A stretch of DNA of 64,000 bases from Euzebyales bacterium (GTDB taxonomy: Bacteria; Actinomycetota; Nitriliruptoria; Euzebyales; JAHELV01), in the NCBI GenBank assembly GCA_036374135.1, contig DASUUK010000068.1, positions 20,628 to 84,627 on the forward strand, given 5' to 3'. The translations under genes and the position numbers were made by a program. The notes beneath the pieces were generated by a model. It did not search any database. It saw nothing but the letters and a program-made list of their open reading frames with translations, and was not told where the DNA came from. Positions 25,412 through 34,755 of this stretch are shown in pieces; position 1 is the first letter of the stretch; every line of letters starts with the position of its first letter.

Positions 25412-26781
25412 AGGCGCCCCCTCGCCTTGACGTCGGTGTAGGCGTCCGCCAACGTCGTGGCCAGGGCGCCGGGCGCGGCGTCGACGACGGTCGCACCGGC
25501 CGCGCGCAGCCGTGCGGCGGTCGCCCGGCGGCGCTCCAGCATGTGGATGGCGGCCGCCTGGCGGTACACCTCCTCGATGCCGGTCGCGGGGGTCGAGCTC
25601 CAGCGCTCGACGACCGGGTCACGGACGGCGCCGACAACCACCAGGTGGCGCCTGCGCATCAAGCCCAGCGCAGGCAGCAGCGTGTGCGCCGCCGCCTCGT
25701 TGGCGAGCTCGCTGAGCACGATCACCAGGGCACGTCGCGGGAACTGCGCGAGCGCAGTCGTGAACGCCGTCCGGTAGTCCGACTCCACCAGCTGAGGTTC
25801 GACGGCCGCGAGGAACAGCGTCAGCCTGCGCAGCTGATCGGTCTGGCTGCGGGGTGGCAGCGTCGCCAGCACGCGGTCGGCGAACGCCAGCATCCCCACC
25901 CGGTCACCGAGGCCCGTGGCCAGCCGTGTCACGCCCTGCGCCGCGTCGATCGCATGCTCGAGCCGCGAGATGCCGTCGGCGCCGAGGCCGTCCATTTCGG
26001 GCCCCGTGGATGCGCCACGGGCCGCGCCATCACCGTCGGCCACCCCGCCGACCAGCGTCGCCATCGTGCGCCCGCAATCGACCAGGATCAGCACCACCTG
26101 GTTGCGCTCGGCGCGGTAGGTGCGCACCACGGCACGCGGCGAGCGTGCCGTGGCCGCCCAGTCGATGCGCCGCACCTCGTCGTCGACGGTGTAGTCGCGC
26201 AGGCTGTCGAAGTCGAGCCCGGCGCCGACCAGGCGGACCGCCCGGTCACCGGCCTGCAGTTGCAGCGCCCGCCGCAGACGCAGTTCGATCGGCGTGCGCG
26301 ATCGGAACCGTGGATAGACGATCACGGCGCCAGCGAGCTCGCGCCACCGCTGCCGGCCGATCAGGCCCCACGGTCCGCAGACGCGGACGGTGACGCGTCC
26401 GAGCGTGAAGTGACCGCGCCGGGACGGGTGCAGCACGACCGTGCGGTGGGCGCGGCCCCGCGGGGGGACGGTCATGGCGGCGCGGCGTGTCGGCGCGCCG
26501 AGCGCCCGGTCCAGTTCATCGGCCAACGCGACCCGCAGCGGTGCGTCGCCCGGGTTCGCGACGGTCCACGTGAGCCGGCCGGTCGCGCCGACCGTCAGCA
26601 CGTCGGGTGCGTCACGGCGCACGTCGACGCGCGCGGGTCGGGGCGTGCGGAGCCAGTCGGCGGTCGCGGCGGCCAGCAGCAGCACGTCGTACGCGAGCAC
26701 CCACCACAGCCCGCCGACCAGGGCGACGGGTGCGCCGACCGCTGCCAGCACAGCCAGGCGGCGGGTGACGACGGGCAGCAT
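25408..26781 (-). CDS. DUF58 (MoxR-associated, vWA-like) protein
   Basis: G..FDSLRDY..DDEVRRIDWAATAR, LVDCGRTM, DRVGMLAF motifs. Confidence 0.9.
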   Translation of the reverse strand: MLPVVTRRLAVLAAVGAPVALVGGLWWVLAYDVLLLAAATADWLRTPRPARVDVRRDAPDVLTVGATGRLTWTVANPGDAPLRVALADELDRALGAPTRRAAMTVPPRGRAHRTVVLHPSRRGHFTLGRVTVRVCGPWGLIGRQRWRELAGAVIVYPRFRSRTPIELRLRRALQLQAGDRAVRLVGAGLDFDSLRDYTVDDEVRRIDWAATARSPRAVVRTYRAERNQVVLILVDCGRTMATLVGGVADGDGAARGASTGPEMDGLGADGISRLEHAIDAAQGVTRLATGLGDRVGMLAFADRVLATLPPRSQTDQLRRLTLFLAAVEPQLVESDYRTAFTTALAQFPRRALVIVLSELANEAAAHTLLPALGLMRRRHLVVVGAVRDPVVERWSSTPATGIEEVYRQAAAIHMLERRRATAARLRAAGATVVDAAPGALATTLADAYTDVKARGRL

Positions 26782-26789
26782 GTGCGAGC

Positions 26790-27752
26790 TCAGCGCGGGA
26801 CGGGCGTCGAGCGCAGCAACCCCCGGAGGACGGCGTCCGCTGTCGCGCCCTCCAGCTCTACCTCCGGGCGCAGCTGCAGCCGGTGCCGCCAGGTGGGCAG
26901 GACCATCGCCTGGACCTCGTCGGGCGTGACGAAGTCGCGTCCGGACAGCCACGCCCACGCCTTCGCGGTGTGCAGCAGCATGGCGGTCCCGCGGGGACTG
27001 ACGCCGAGCTGCACCGACGGTGCGGCCCGCGTGGCACGGGCGAGCTCGACCAGGTAGCCAAGGATCCGATCGTCGACGTGGATCGAGCCCACGGCCTCGC
27101 GGGCACGGCCGATCGCGGCGGCGTCGGCCACGGTCGTCACCCCTGCGGCCGACAGGTCGGTCATGTCGAACCCGGCGTGGTGGCGGACGAGCATGGCCTG
27201 CTCCTGGTCGGCGTCGGGGTAGCCGACCGCCAGCTTCACGAGGAAGCGGTCGACCTGGGCCTCCGGCAGGGGATAGGTGCCCTCGTACTCCACCGGGTTC
27301 TGCGTCGCCACCACGAGGAACGGTGACGGCAGCGCGCGCGGTTCGCCCTCGACCGACACCTGGCGTTCCTGCATCGCCTCGAGCAGTGCCGCCTGTGTCT
27401 TGGGTGGCGTGCGGTTGATCTCGTCGCCGATCAGCAGGTTGGTGAACACCGGACCCTCGTGGAACACGAACGTCCCGGTGTCCTGCCGGTACACGACCCG
27501 GCCCAGCAGATCGCTGGGCATCAGATCCGGCGTGAACTGCACACGCTGCACGCCGAGGTCGAGCGTCGTCGCCAGCGTGGTGGCGAGCAGCGTCTTCGCA
27601 GTGCCGGGGACACCTTCCAGCAGCGCGTGGCCGCCGACCAGCAGAGCCACGAGCAGCCCGTCGACGACCTCGTCGTGCCCGACGACGATCTTGGAGAGCT
27701 CGGCGCGGACCGCCGTCAGCAGATCGTGGTGGGTGGCGGCGTCAGTCGGCAT
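26790..27752 (-). CDS. moxR: MoxR family AAA+ ATPase
   Basis: LEGVPGTAKT, RVQFTPDLMPSD, DEINRTPPKTQAALLEAMQE, TQNPVEYEGTYPLPEAQ.DRF motifs. Confidence 0.95.
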   Translation of the reverse strand: MPTDAATHHDLLTAVRAELSKIVVGHDEVVDGLLVALLVGGHALLEGVPGTAKTLLATTLATTLDLGVQRVQFTPDLMPSDLLGRVVYRQDTGTFVFHEGPVFTNLLIGDEINRTPPKTQAALLEAMQERQVSVEGEPRALPSPFLVVATQNPVEYEGTYPLPEAQVDRFLVKLAVGYPDADQEQAMLVRHHAGFDMTDLSAAGVTTVADAAAIGRAREAVGSIHVDDRILGYLVELARATRAAPSVQLGVSPRGTAMLLHTAKAWAWLSGRDFVTPDEVQAMVLPTWRHRLQLRPEVELEGATADAVLRGLLRSTPVPR

Positions 27753-28950
27753 CAGCGGGCTCCATGTCCAGCGTCAGGTTGCGCTCCACGACCTGCTCGA
27801 GCGTCGCCAGGCCGGAGGCGATCTCCAGCAGCTCGGGGTCGTCGGTCGGTGGCGGGGGATCGAGCAGTGTGGTCACCCGCCCGGCATCCTCGCCGGTGAC
27901 GGCTGCGACGGCGCGCGCGACCTCGTCGTCCGCCGCGTCCGGCGACAGCCCGAGCTGTCGCGTCAGACGGCGCCGCGATCCCGCGACGATCCGCCGCGCC
28001 GCGCTGCTCCGTGTCCGGTTGCGGGCCAGCAGCGCGCCGACCGCGGCCGTCAGATCCGAGCTCGGCAGCCGCACGCGTGATGCGTCGCGCAGCGGCCTGC
28101 CCAGCCGCCGCGCCCTCCACAGCACGACGACGCCGAAGGCGAGCAGCAGTTGGCCCACCATCGTGCGCACACCCGTCGGCACGAGGTCGGACAAGGTCTC
28201 GTCGTCACCCGCCGTGCGCAGCACCGGACGGACGATCTCGATCTCGCGACCGCCACCCGGCGTGAGCAGGCCCACCACGAGCGGCGCGTGGTCGGCGACG
28301 GCGAGCCGGGCGTTGGTCAACGGCGACGGATCGCCGAGCGCGATGACATGGCCGCGACCGAGGGGCTCGGCGACCAGCCAGGCACCGTCGGCGGCGGGGA
28401 AGCATGCTGCGGCGTCATCTGGCGTCTCGAACAGCGCGGCGCCACTGCCGGGCCTGATCTCGCGTGCGGCCAGCGTGGCGGACAGGTCGCAGTCGGCGGT
28501 CAGCCGGCGGTGGAGCAGACCGGTGCGAGCCGTCGTGTCGGGGACCAGTTCGGACGCGGGATCGGCGACGACGACGCGCGCGCCGGCCCGCACACGCTCG
28601 CGGAGGTGCTCGCGTTGCCGGGTGGTCAGCTGATCGCGCAGCAGCAGGACGACGTCGGCGTCCCCGATCGCCCCGGGGTCGACGACACCGGCCGGGCGCC
28701 CGAGCGCCGCGAGCACGTCGACCAGCGCGCGGGTGCCGTCGGCGCCCGTGGCGGTCGGATCCAGCGGCAGGCCGTCATCGGGCATCGTCGCCGTCAGCGC
28801 CGCGGTCGCCAGGATGGCGGCCGCGAGCGTCAGCAGCGCCCAGTGCCGTCGCGCCCGGTGCCACACCCATCGCCACAGCACCTGATCGTCGACGTCGTGC
28901 GGTTCCGGTGCGGTCCCGGGGCCGTGACCCTTGCGCTGCGGCGTCGTCAT
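27742..28950 (-). CDS. DUF4350-like membrane-anchored protein
   Basis: N-terminal TM, LDP.A...DGTRAL..VL, LTNARL...DHA, C-terminal TM with W.RARRLGRP; position in the moxR cluster. Confidence 0.75.
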   Translation of the reverse strand: MTTPQRKGHGPGTAPEPHDVDDQVLWRWVWHRARRHWALLTLAAAILATAALTATMPDDGLPLDPTATGADGTRALVDVLAALGRPAGVVDPGAIGDADVVLLLRDQLTTRQREHLRERVRAGARVVVADPASELVPDTTARTGLLHRRLTADCDLSATLAAREIRPGSGAALFETPDDAAACFPAADGAWLVAEPLGRGHVIALGDPSPLTNARLAVADHAPLVVGLLTPGGGREIEIVRPVLRTAGDDETLSDLVPTGVRTMVGQLLLAFGVVVLWRARRLGRPLRDASRVRLPSSDLTAAVGALLARNRTRSSAARRIVAGSRRRLTRQLGLSPDAADDEVARAVAAVTGEDAGRVTTLLDPPPPTDDPELLEIASGLATLEQVVERNLTLDMEPADAD

Positions 28951-29564
28951 GCGGCGACGAGGAGGAACGAACGGACCTGGTCAGCGGCCGTCCGCACCCG
29001 CGCGACGTCGGACGCGGTGACCGCACCGCCGTCGTACCAGGCGGATTCGAACGCCTCGGTCACGATGGACATCGGCCCTTCGGCGTCGGGCGCCGAGGCG
29101 GTGACGTCGCGGAGGTAGCCCCGCGCGGTGCGTCCTGCAACCTCGTCGATCGCGCCGACCGAGACCAGGTCTGCGAGCAGGGCCCGGTACAGACACCGCA
29201 ACGCGCGCGCCCAGGCCTCCTGCGCGACGTGCACCTCCGCCTCCCGACGCCAGTCGTCGCCGGTGCGCCCCGCGATGCGACCGGGTCGCGGCCGCCGCTG
29301 GCGGTCGCGGCGGACACGGCGTGTCAGCAGCCACGCGATCACGACGATCACCACGACCGCGCCGGCCACGACGGCCAGTGCCACCCCACCCCCTCCGGCG
29401 GACAGCACCCGATCCAGTCCGCCGGCGACCGCATCGATGACCACGGTGAGCACCCGCGACAGCAGCCCGGGTCGTGCGGGCCCGTAGGCCGGGCCGGCGA
29501 GCACCTGCTCGGTCGCGTCGCGGATGGCGCCCGCGTCGAGGTCGGACGGGGTCAGCGACGCCAC
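28947..29564 (-). CDS. DUF4129 domain protein
   Basis: One TM, A.R.LYRAL, GRTARGY, FE.AWY.G motifs; position in the moxR cluster. Confidence 0.78.
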   Translation of the reverse strand: MASLTPSDLDAGAIRDATEQVLAGPAYGPARPGLLSRVLTVVIDAVAGGLDRVLSAGGGGVALAVVAGAVVVIVVIAWLLTRRVRRDRQRRPRPGRIAGRTGDDWRREAEVHVAQEAWARALRCLYRALLADLVSVGAIDEVAGRTARGYLRDVTASAPDAEGPMSIVTEAFESAWYDGGAVTASDVARVRTAADQVRSFLLVAA

Positions 29565-29565
29565 G

Positions 29566-30699
29566 TCACCACGGGGGTCGGGGCGCCTGGCCCAGCTCGC
29601 GCGCGAGCTCGGACAGGTCGTAGCCCTCGGTGCGGACGCGGCGATCGAAGTACAGCAGCACGAACGCGACCGCGAACAGGCTGTAGCGCAGGAGGTCGCC
29701 GACGATGGCGCCGGCCGTCGCGAGGACCACCCCGATCGTCTGCGGGACGGCGGGCACGAACAGCGGCGCCTGGAACGGCAGCGAAACGACCGACGCGATG
29801 ATCGACACGATGATGCCGACGAGCAGCAGGATGCCGAACATGCGTGCAGTTCCACCGCGCACCAACTCGTTCGACCGCCGCATCGCCCCCGTCACCCCCG
29901 CCCGTTCGACCATGATCGCGGGCACGACCAGCGACAGCCGGATCAGCACGACGATCGCCGCGACGATCCCGACGAGCACCGCGAGCAGGATCAGGGCCAG
30001 GGCCACCGACTCATCGGCGCGGGCGACCGCCAGCAGGAGGATGGCCGCGATCGGTGCCACGGCACCGGCCGCGAACACGGCGAGCGAGGTCAGGAACGCT
30101 GCTCCGAGCAGCGGCCCGTAGTGGCTGCCGGCAGCGCGGACGGCGGCCATCGCGTCGATCTCGCCCATCCGGTAGCCGTGCGCGGCGACCTGGACGGCGA
30201 TCCCGTACAGCAGCGGTGTCAGCAGCAGCGAGCCCAGGCTCGACAGCAGCGCGGCCGGGCCCGTCACCATGAAGTTCGCAGGGTCGGGAGGCGCCCCGGG
30301 ATCGCTCACCGCACCCTCGAGCACGTCCGAGATCATCGTGCGCAGGTCCCCCACGGCGCCGATCGTCGAGACGCTCGACAGCAGGGCCAGGGGCACGACG
30401 ATCACGCCGACGGCGACGGCGAACGTCCGCCAGTGTCTGCCGGCGATGCGGAACATGCCGTCGAGCACGTCGCCGAGGTTCAGGGGCCGCAGCGCGTCGC
30501 GGTCCGGATCGCGCCCCCACTGCGGGTCGCGTCCCAGCTGGGGGTTGCGGCGCATCTCGGGGTCGCGGGGTCTGCCTGTCGGATCGGGCTGCGGCTGCCA
30601 GCGCGCATCGTCGGCGCGGCCGCGGTCGTCGCCGGGGCGGTGATCGGCACCCCGGTCGCGTCCGTGTCCCCCCTCGTCGGGACCCTGTCCCCAGCTCAC
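29566..30699 (-). CDS. Multi-pass membrane protein of the moxR cluster (GDPD membrane-domain-like)
   Basis: LRPLNLGDVLDG.F, P.IMVER.G...AMRRS..L, LLYFDRRVR.EGYDL motifs; low-complexity N-terminus. Start is estimated. Confidence 0.75.
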   Translation of the reverse strand: MSWGQGPDEGGHGRDRGADHRPGDDRGRADDARWQPQPDPTGRPRDPEMRRNPQLGRDPQWGRDPDRDALRPLNLGDVLDGMFRIAGRHWRTFAVAVGVIVVPLALLSSVSTIGAVGDLRTMISDVLEGAVSDPGAPPDPANFMVTGPAALLSSLGSLLLTPLLYGIAVQVAAHGYRMGEIDAMAAVRAAGSHYGPLLGAAFLTSLAVFAAGAVAPIAAILLLAVARADESVALALILLAVLVGIVAAIVVLIRLSLVVPAIMVERAGVTGAMRRSNELVRGGTARMFGILLLVGIIVSIIASVVSLPFQAPLFVPAVPQTIGVVLATAGAIVGDLLRYSLFAVAFVLLYFDRRVRTEGYDLSELARELGQAPRPPW

Positions 30700-30821
30700 G
30701 CACCCAGTCCTTGGTCGCTCATCCGGTCGTTGCCCGCGTTGACGGGCGTCGTCGCGGCGGTCCGATGCGTGCGAGCCTATCCGCCCACGCCGACGGCCGG
30801 TGCCAGTATCGGCCGGACGGC

Positions 30822-31385
30822 TCACCGTTGTCCCGGAAGACGCGACGGCGGCGGGGTGAGGGCCACGACACGCCCGGCGACCGCCAGCCACGTCGTGGCG
30901 GCGTGGTCCGCGACCGTCGCGTTGACCGCGCCCAGGAGGTCCCGGTAGCGGCGTGTGGCCGGATCCTCGGGCACGATGCCGGACCCCACCTCGTTGCTCA
31001 CGACGACGGTGCCTGCCGTACGCCGCGCCCCGCTGGCCCCGAGGTCGTCGGCCCGCGCCAGCACGGTCCGATCGTCGGACCGCTCGAACATGTCGGCGAC
31101 CCACAGGGTGAGGCAGTCGACGATGACGAACGCCTCCGCGGGCGCGGCCTCGACGGCGGCGACCGGATCGTCCGGCTCCTCGACCGTGGTCCACGACGCC
31201 GGACGTTGCGCGCGGTGACGGGCGATGCGCTCGCGCATCTCGTCGTCGCCGGCGCGGCCGGTCGCGACGAACACCACCGGTCGGTGCGACGCGCGGGCCC
31301 ACCGGACGGCCAGCGACGACTTGCCGCTCCGCGCGCCGCCGAGCAGGACGGTGAGCGCGGCGCCGGCTGCCGGTTCGTGTGGCAC
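30822..31385 (-). CDS. cobU: Bifunctional adenosylcobinamide kinase/guanylyltransferase
   Basis: LGGARSGKS, VAT, DDEM..RI..HR..RP, VDCLTLW, VSNEVG.GIVP motifs. Confidence 0.93.
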   Translation of the reverse strand: MPHEPAAGAALTVLLGGARSGKSSLAVRWARASHRPVVFVATGRAGDDEMRERIARHRAQRPASWTTVEEPDDPVAAVEAAPAEAFVIVDCLTLWVADMFERSDDRTVLARADDLGASGARRTAGTVVVSNEVGSGIVPEDPATRRYRDLLGAVNATVADHAATTWLAVAGRVVALTPPPSRLPGQR

Positions 31386-31390
31386 GGCGG

Positions 31391-31987
31391 TCAGTAGTCG
31401 ATGCCCCGCCGCGCCTGGATGCCGCGGTCGAAGGCGTGCTTGATCTTGCGCATCTCGGTCACGGTGTCGGCGATGTCGATGATCGCCTGCGGGGCGTCCC
31501 TTCCGGTCACGATCACCGTCGTCCCGTCGGGACGGTCGCGCAGGACCGACACGACCTCGTCGAGGTCGATCCAGCCGAAGTTGATCGGGTAGGTGATCTC
31601 GTCGAGCATCACCACGCGGTAGGCGCTGCTGCCGATGATCTCGCGCGCCTGGCGCCAGGCCTCCACGGCGACCGCCTGGCTGCGGTCCAGGTCGTCGGAC
31701 TCCCACGTGAAGCCGTCGCCGATCGTCCACCAGTCGATGCCGAGCGCGCGGGCGGACTGCTCCTCACCGACCTTCCAGTCGCCCGACTTCATGAACTGCA
31801 CCACGCAGACCGGCCAGCCACGCGCCCGTGCGCGCAGCAGTGTGCCGAGCGCGGCCGTCGTCTTGCCCTTGCCGTCACCGGTGTTGACCAGGAGCAGCGA
31901 CGGCGCCCACGAGCGCTCCGCCCGCGGCGGCGTGTCGGTGGGAGGGACGGTGGGGTCGCGATCCGGTGTGGGCTCGGACGTGGTCAT
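31391..31987 (-). CDS. cobO: Cob(I)yrinic acid a,c-diamide adenosyltransferase (CobA/CobO/BtuR)
   Basis: [51 protein letters not shown] motifs. Confidence 0.94.
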   Translation of the reverse strand: MTTSEPTPDRDPTVPPTDTPPRAERSWAPSLLLVNTGDGKGKTTAALGTLLRARARGWPVCVVQFMKSGDWKVGEEQSARALGIDWWTIGDGFTWESDDLDRSQAVAVEAWRQAREIIGSSAYRVVMLDEITYPINFGWIDLDEVVSVLRDRPDGTTVIVTGRDAPQAIIDIADTVTEMRKIKHAFDRGIQARRGIDY

Positions 31988-32667
31988 CGGTGTCGCCTTT
32001 CGGGAGCGGCCGCCGGCGTGGCGGACGGTGGTCGGGTCGCCGACCGGCGTCCCGGGGTGCACAGGTCGTCGATCACGGTCGGGTCCAGATGTTCGGCCAC
32101 CGTGTCAGCGAGCAGGTCGAACGTCTCGGTGAGTGGCGTCAGTTCGACGTCGAGCAGGGCCCGCACCAACCGGGCGTCCTCCAGCAGGCCGTGCACGCTG
32201 ACGCCCAGCACGTTGCCATCGGCGAAGCCCCGGCCAGCCGGCAGTGCCGCGGTGAGATCCCCGGGTGGGATGGTGCGGCCGTGGCGGATCTCGTACCCGT
32301 CGACAGTACGGCACGTACGGATGTCGTCCCACAGCGCCGCGGAGCGCTCCTCCCCGCGCCGCGCGCTCAGTGCGTGGTCGACGCGACCCAGCCGGATGAG
32401 CTGGCTGCGGGTGTCGGCCTCGGGCTTGACGAGCACGGGGTTCATGCGCACGTCGGGTCGGACGCCCGCGGCCCGTGCCTGGAGCGCCTGCGCCGCGCCG
32501 ATCTCGCCGCCGCCGCCGTCGACGACGCGTGCGTTGTTGGACATGTTCTGTGCCTTGAAGGGCGCGACCGCCACGCCGGCGCGCGTGGCGTGGGCGCACA
32601 GCGCGGTCGTGAGCAGGCTCGTGCCCGCCGAGCTGGCGGTGCCCTGCACCATGATCGCCCGCCCCAT
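31984..32667 (-). pseudogene. cobQ: Internally deleted cobyric acid synthase (mini-CobQ), reading frame intact
   Basis: CobQ N-terminus ([30 protein letters not shown]) joined directly to the CobQ C-terminus (GYEIRHG, GNVLG..VHGLLE, FD.LAD...EHLD) in only 227 aa. Confidence 0.8.
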
Positions 32668-32769
32668 CAGCGCGCCCGCATCGAGCGGTCGGCCGTGACG
32701 TCGGGGCGCCCGTCGCCTGCGGCGCGGCGCAGGTCGGTGCGGCTGACGTGCCGTCGGGAGGTGCGCGCG

Positions 32770-33633
32770 TCAGGCACGGCGAGCGGCTCTGGACCGGGCG
32801 GGGAGCAACGCCAGGCTGCCGTCGGGTGCCTCGACCACGTGGACGTCGGCGTCGAAGTGGGCGGCGATACGCTCCCGCGTCAGCACCTGTTGTGGCGCAC
32901 CGGCGGCGGCGACGCGCCCGTGGTCGAGCAGGACGAGCCGGTCCGCGTACTGTGCCGCCAGCGTCAGGTCGTGCATCGCCGCGAGGACCGTCAGTTCGCA
33001 CTCGTGGCGCAGCTGATCAACCAGCTCGAGCACCTGTTGACGGTGCCCGATGTCCAGTGCCGAGGTCGGCTCGTCGAGCAGCAGCACCGGGGTCTGCTGG
33101 ACGAGCGCGCGGGCCAGCACGACCCGCTGCTGCTCACCGCCGCTCAGGGTCTGCACCGGTCGCGCGGCGAAGTCGGTCAGGCCGAGGCGCTCGAGGGTGC
33201 CGGCGGCCACATCGAGATCGCTGTCGTCCTCGACGCCCAGGTACGACAGGTGCGCGGTGCGACCCAGGAGCACGTAGTCGAACACGGTCATTGCGTCGGG
33301 GATCACCGGACGCTGGGGCACGAGCGCCACGCGTCGTGCGCGGTGGCGGGTGGTCGCGGCCAACAGGTCCGTGTCGCCCACCCGGATCCCTCCGCTGGCG
33401 GGCACCGCACCGGACGCGGCGTGCAGCAGCGACGTCTTGCCCGCGCCGTTGGGACCGATCAGCGCCGTCCACCGTCCCGCGCGGACGGTCAGCGTGACGC
33501 CGTCGACCGCCGTGTGGGCGCCATATCGGACGCGCAGATCGGTCACGGCGAGATCGGCCGGTCCGTCGGTCGGGTGTCCGGACCCGCGTTCCGCGGCGCC
33601 GGTCCCTGTGCCGACGCCGGTCGTGCCGCTCAC
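32770..33633 (-). CDS. btuD: Cobalamin/iron-siderophore ABC transporter ATPase
   Basis: GPNGAGKT, LSGGEQQR, LLLDEPTSALD, AMHDL motifs; GTGA overlap with the permease stop. Confidence 0.9.
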   Translation of the reverse strand: MSGTTGVGTGTGAAERGSGHPTDGPADLAVTDLRVRYGAHTAVDGVTLTVRAGRWTALIGPNGAGKTSLLHAASGAVPASGGIRVGDTDLLAATTRHRARRVALVPQRPVIPDAMTVFDYVLLGRTAHLSYLGVEDDSDLDVAAGTLERLGLTDFAARPVQTLSGGEQQRVVLARALVQQTPVLLLDEPTSALDIGHRQQVLELVDQLRHECELTVLAAMHDLTLAAQYADRLVLLDHGRVAAAGAPQQVLTRERIAAHFDADVHVVEAPDGSLALLPARSRAARRA

Positions 33634-34748
33634 CGGGCGCCCCGGCGTCGCAGGACCACGATGAAGAACGGTGCACCCAGGAATGCGGTGACCACCCCGA
33701 TCGGCAGTTCGGCCGGCGCGAGCAGCAGCCGGGCGGCCAGGTCGGCCAGGGCCAGGAACGCGGCGCCGAACAGCATCGACAGCGGCAGCACCGTGCGGTA
33801 GCTCCAGCCGGCGAGCAGCCGCACGGTGTGCGGCACGATGATCCCGACGAAGCCGATGAGCCCGCCGACCGCCACCGCGGCGGCCGTGCCCAGCGACGCG
33901 GCCACGACGACGATCACCCGGACCCTGTTGACGTCCACGCCCAGCGCCGTGGCCTCGCGGTCGCCGACGCCGATCACGTCGAGCAGACGCCGGTGGGCGA
34001 GCAGCACCGCCGCCGACACGGCGACGTAGGGCAGCACGAGGTTGACATCGCTCCAACCCGACGTCGCGAGACGACCGAACAGCCACGAGTAGACCTGTCT
34101 GATCGACTCGATGTTGCGCAGTTGCAGGTACGACTGGATCGCGGTGAAGAACGCCGCCACCGCCACGCCGGCCAGGATGAGTGAGACGGTGCTGCGCTCG
34201 CCGGTCACCGACCGCGACAGCGTGTAGGTCGCGGCCACGCCGACCAGCGCGCCGGCGAACGCGGCGAGCGGCAGAGGATCGACGATCCACAGCCCGGGCG
34301 GTGGCCCGTGCACGATGGCCAGCGTCGCGCCGACCCCGGCGCCGGCGGCGATGCCGAGCAGGAAGGGATCGGCCAGCGGGTTGCGGAACACGCCCTGGTA
34401 CCCGGCGCCGGCCGTGGCGAGCATGGCGCCGACCAGCAGTCCGAGCGCGACGCGCGGCAGACGCAGCTGCCACAGGATCGCGAGATCGCGATCCGACAGG
34501 CCGGACGGCAGGTCGACCATCGGCAGGCCGTCGATCAGCGCGCGGAGCACACCGTCGACAGGCAGGTCGACTGGACCGAGCGCGGTGCCCGCGACCGTCG
34601 CCACCAGCACCGCACCCACACCGGCCGCCAGGGGCAGCGGCCGCACGCGACCGGTCACGCGCGGTCGCGACGGCCGCCCGTCGGCGTCGCCGCGCACCGG
34701 ATCGCCCGCGTGGTCGGCGGTCGTCGGGTCCGGAGCGGTCACGCTCAT
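33630..34748 (-). CDS. btuC: FecCD/BtuC family ABC permease
   Basis: LRLPRVALG, QGVFRNPLADP, GLIGFVGIIVPH, ELPIG..TA.LGAPFF motifs. Confidence 0.92.
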   Translation of the reverse strand: MSVTAPDPTTADHAGDPVRGDADGRPSRPRVTGRVRPLPLAAGVGAVLVATVAGTALGPVDLPVDGVLRALIDGLPMVDLPSGLSDRDLAILWQLRLPRVALGLLVGAMLATAGAGYQGVFRNPLADPFLLGIAAGAGVGATLAIVHGPPPGLWIVDPLPLAAFAGALVGVAATYTLSRSVTGERSTVSLILAGVAVAAFFTAIQSYLQLRNIESIRQVYSWLFGRLATSGWSDVNLVLPYVAVSAAVLLAHRRLLDVIGVGDREATALGVDVNRVRVIVVVAASLGTAAAVAVGGLIGFVGIIVPHTVRLLAGWSYRTVLPLSMLFGAAFLALADLAARLLLAPAELPIGVVTAFLGAPFFIVVLRRRGAR

Positions 34749-34755
34749 GTGCCGT

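Noticed and set aside
32770-34473. 567-aa fused ORF
   Set aside because: Only 32770-33633 is the ABC ATPase; the upstream part is an off-frame reading of btuC.
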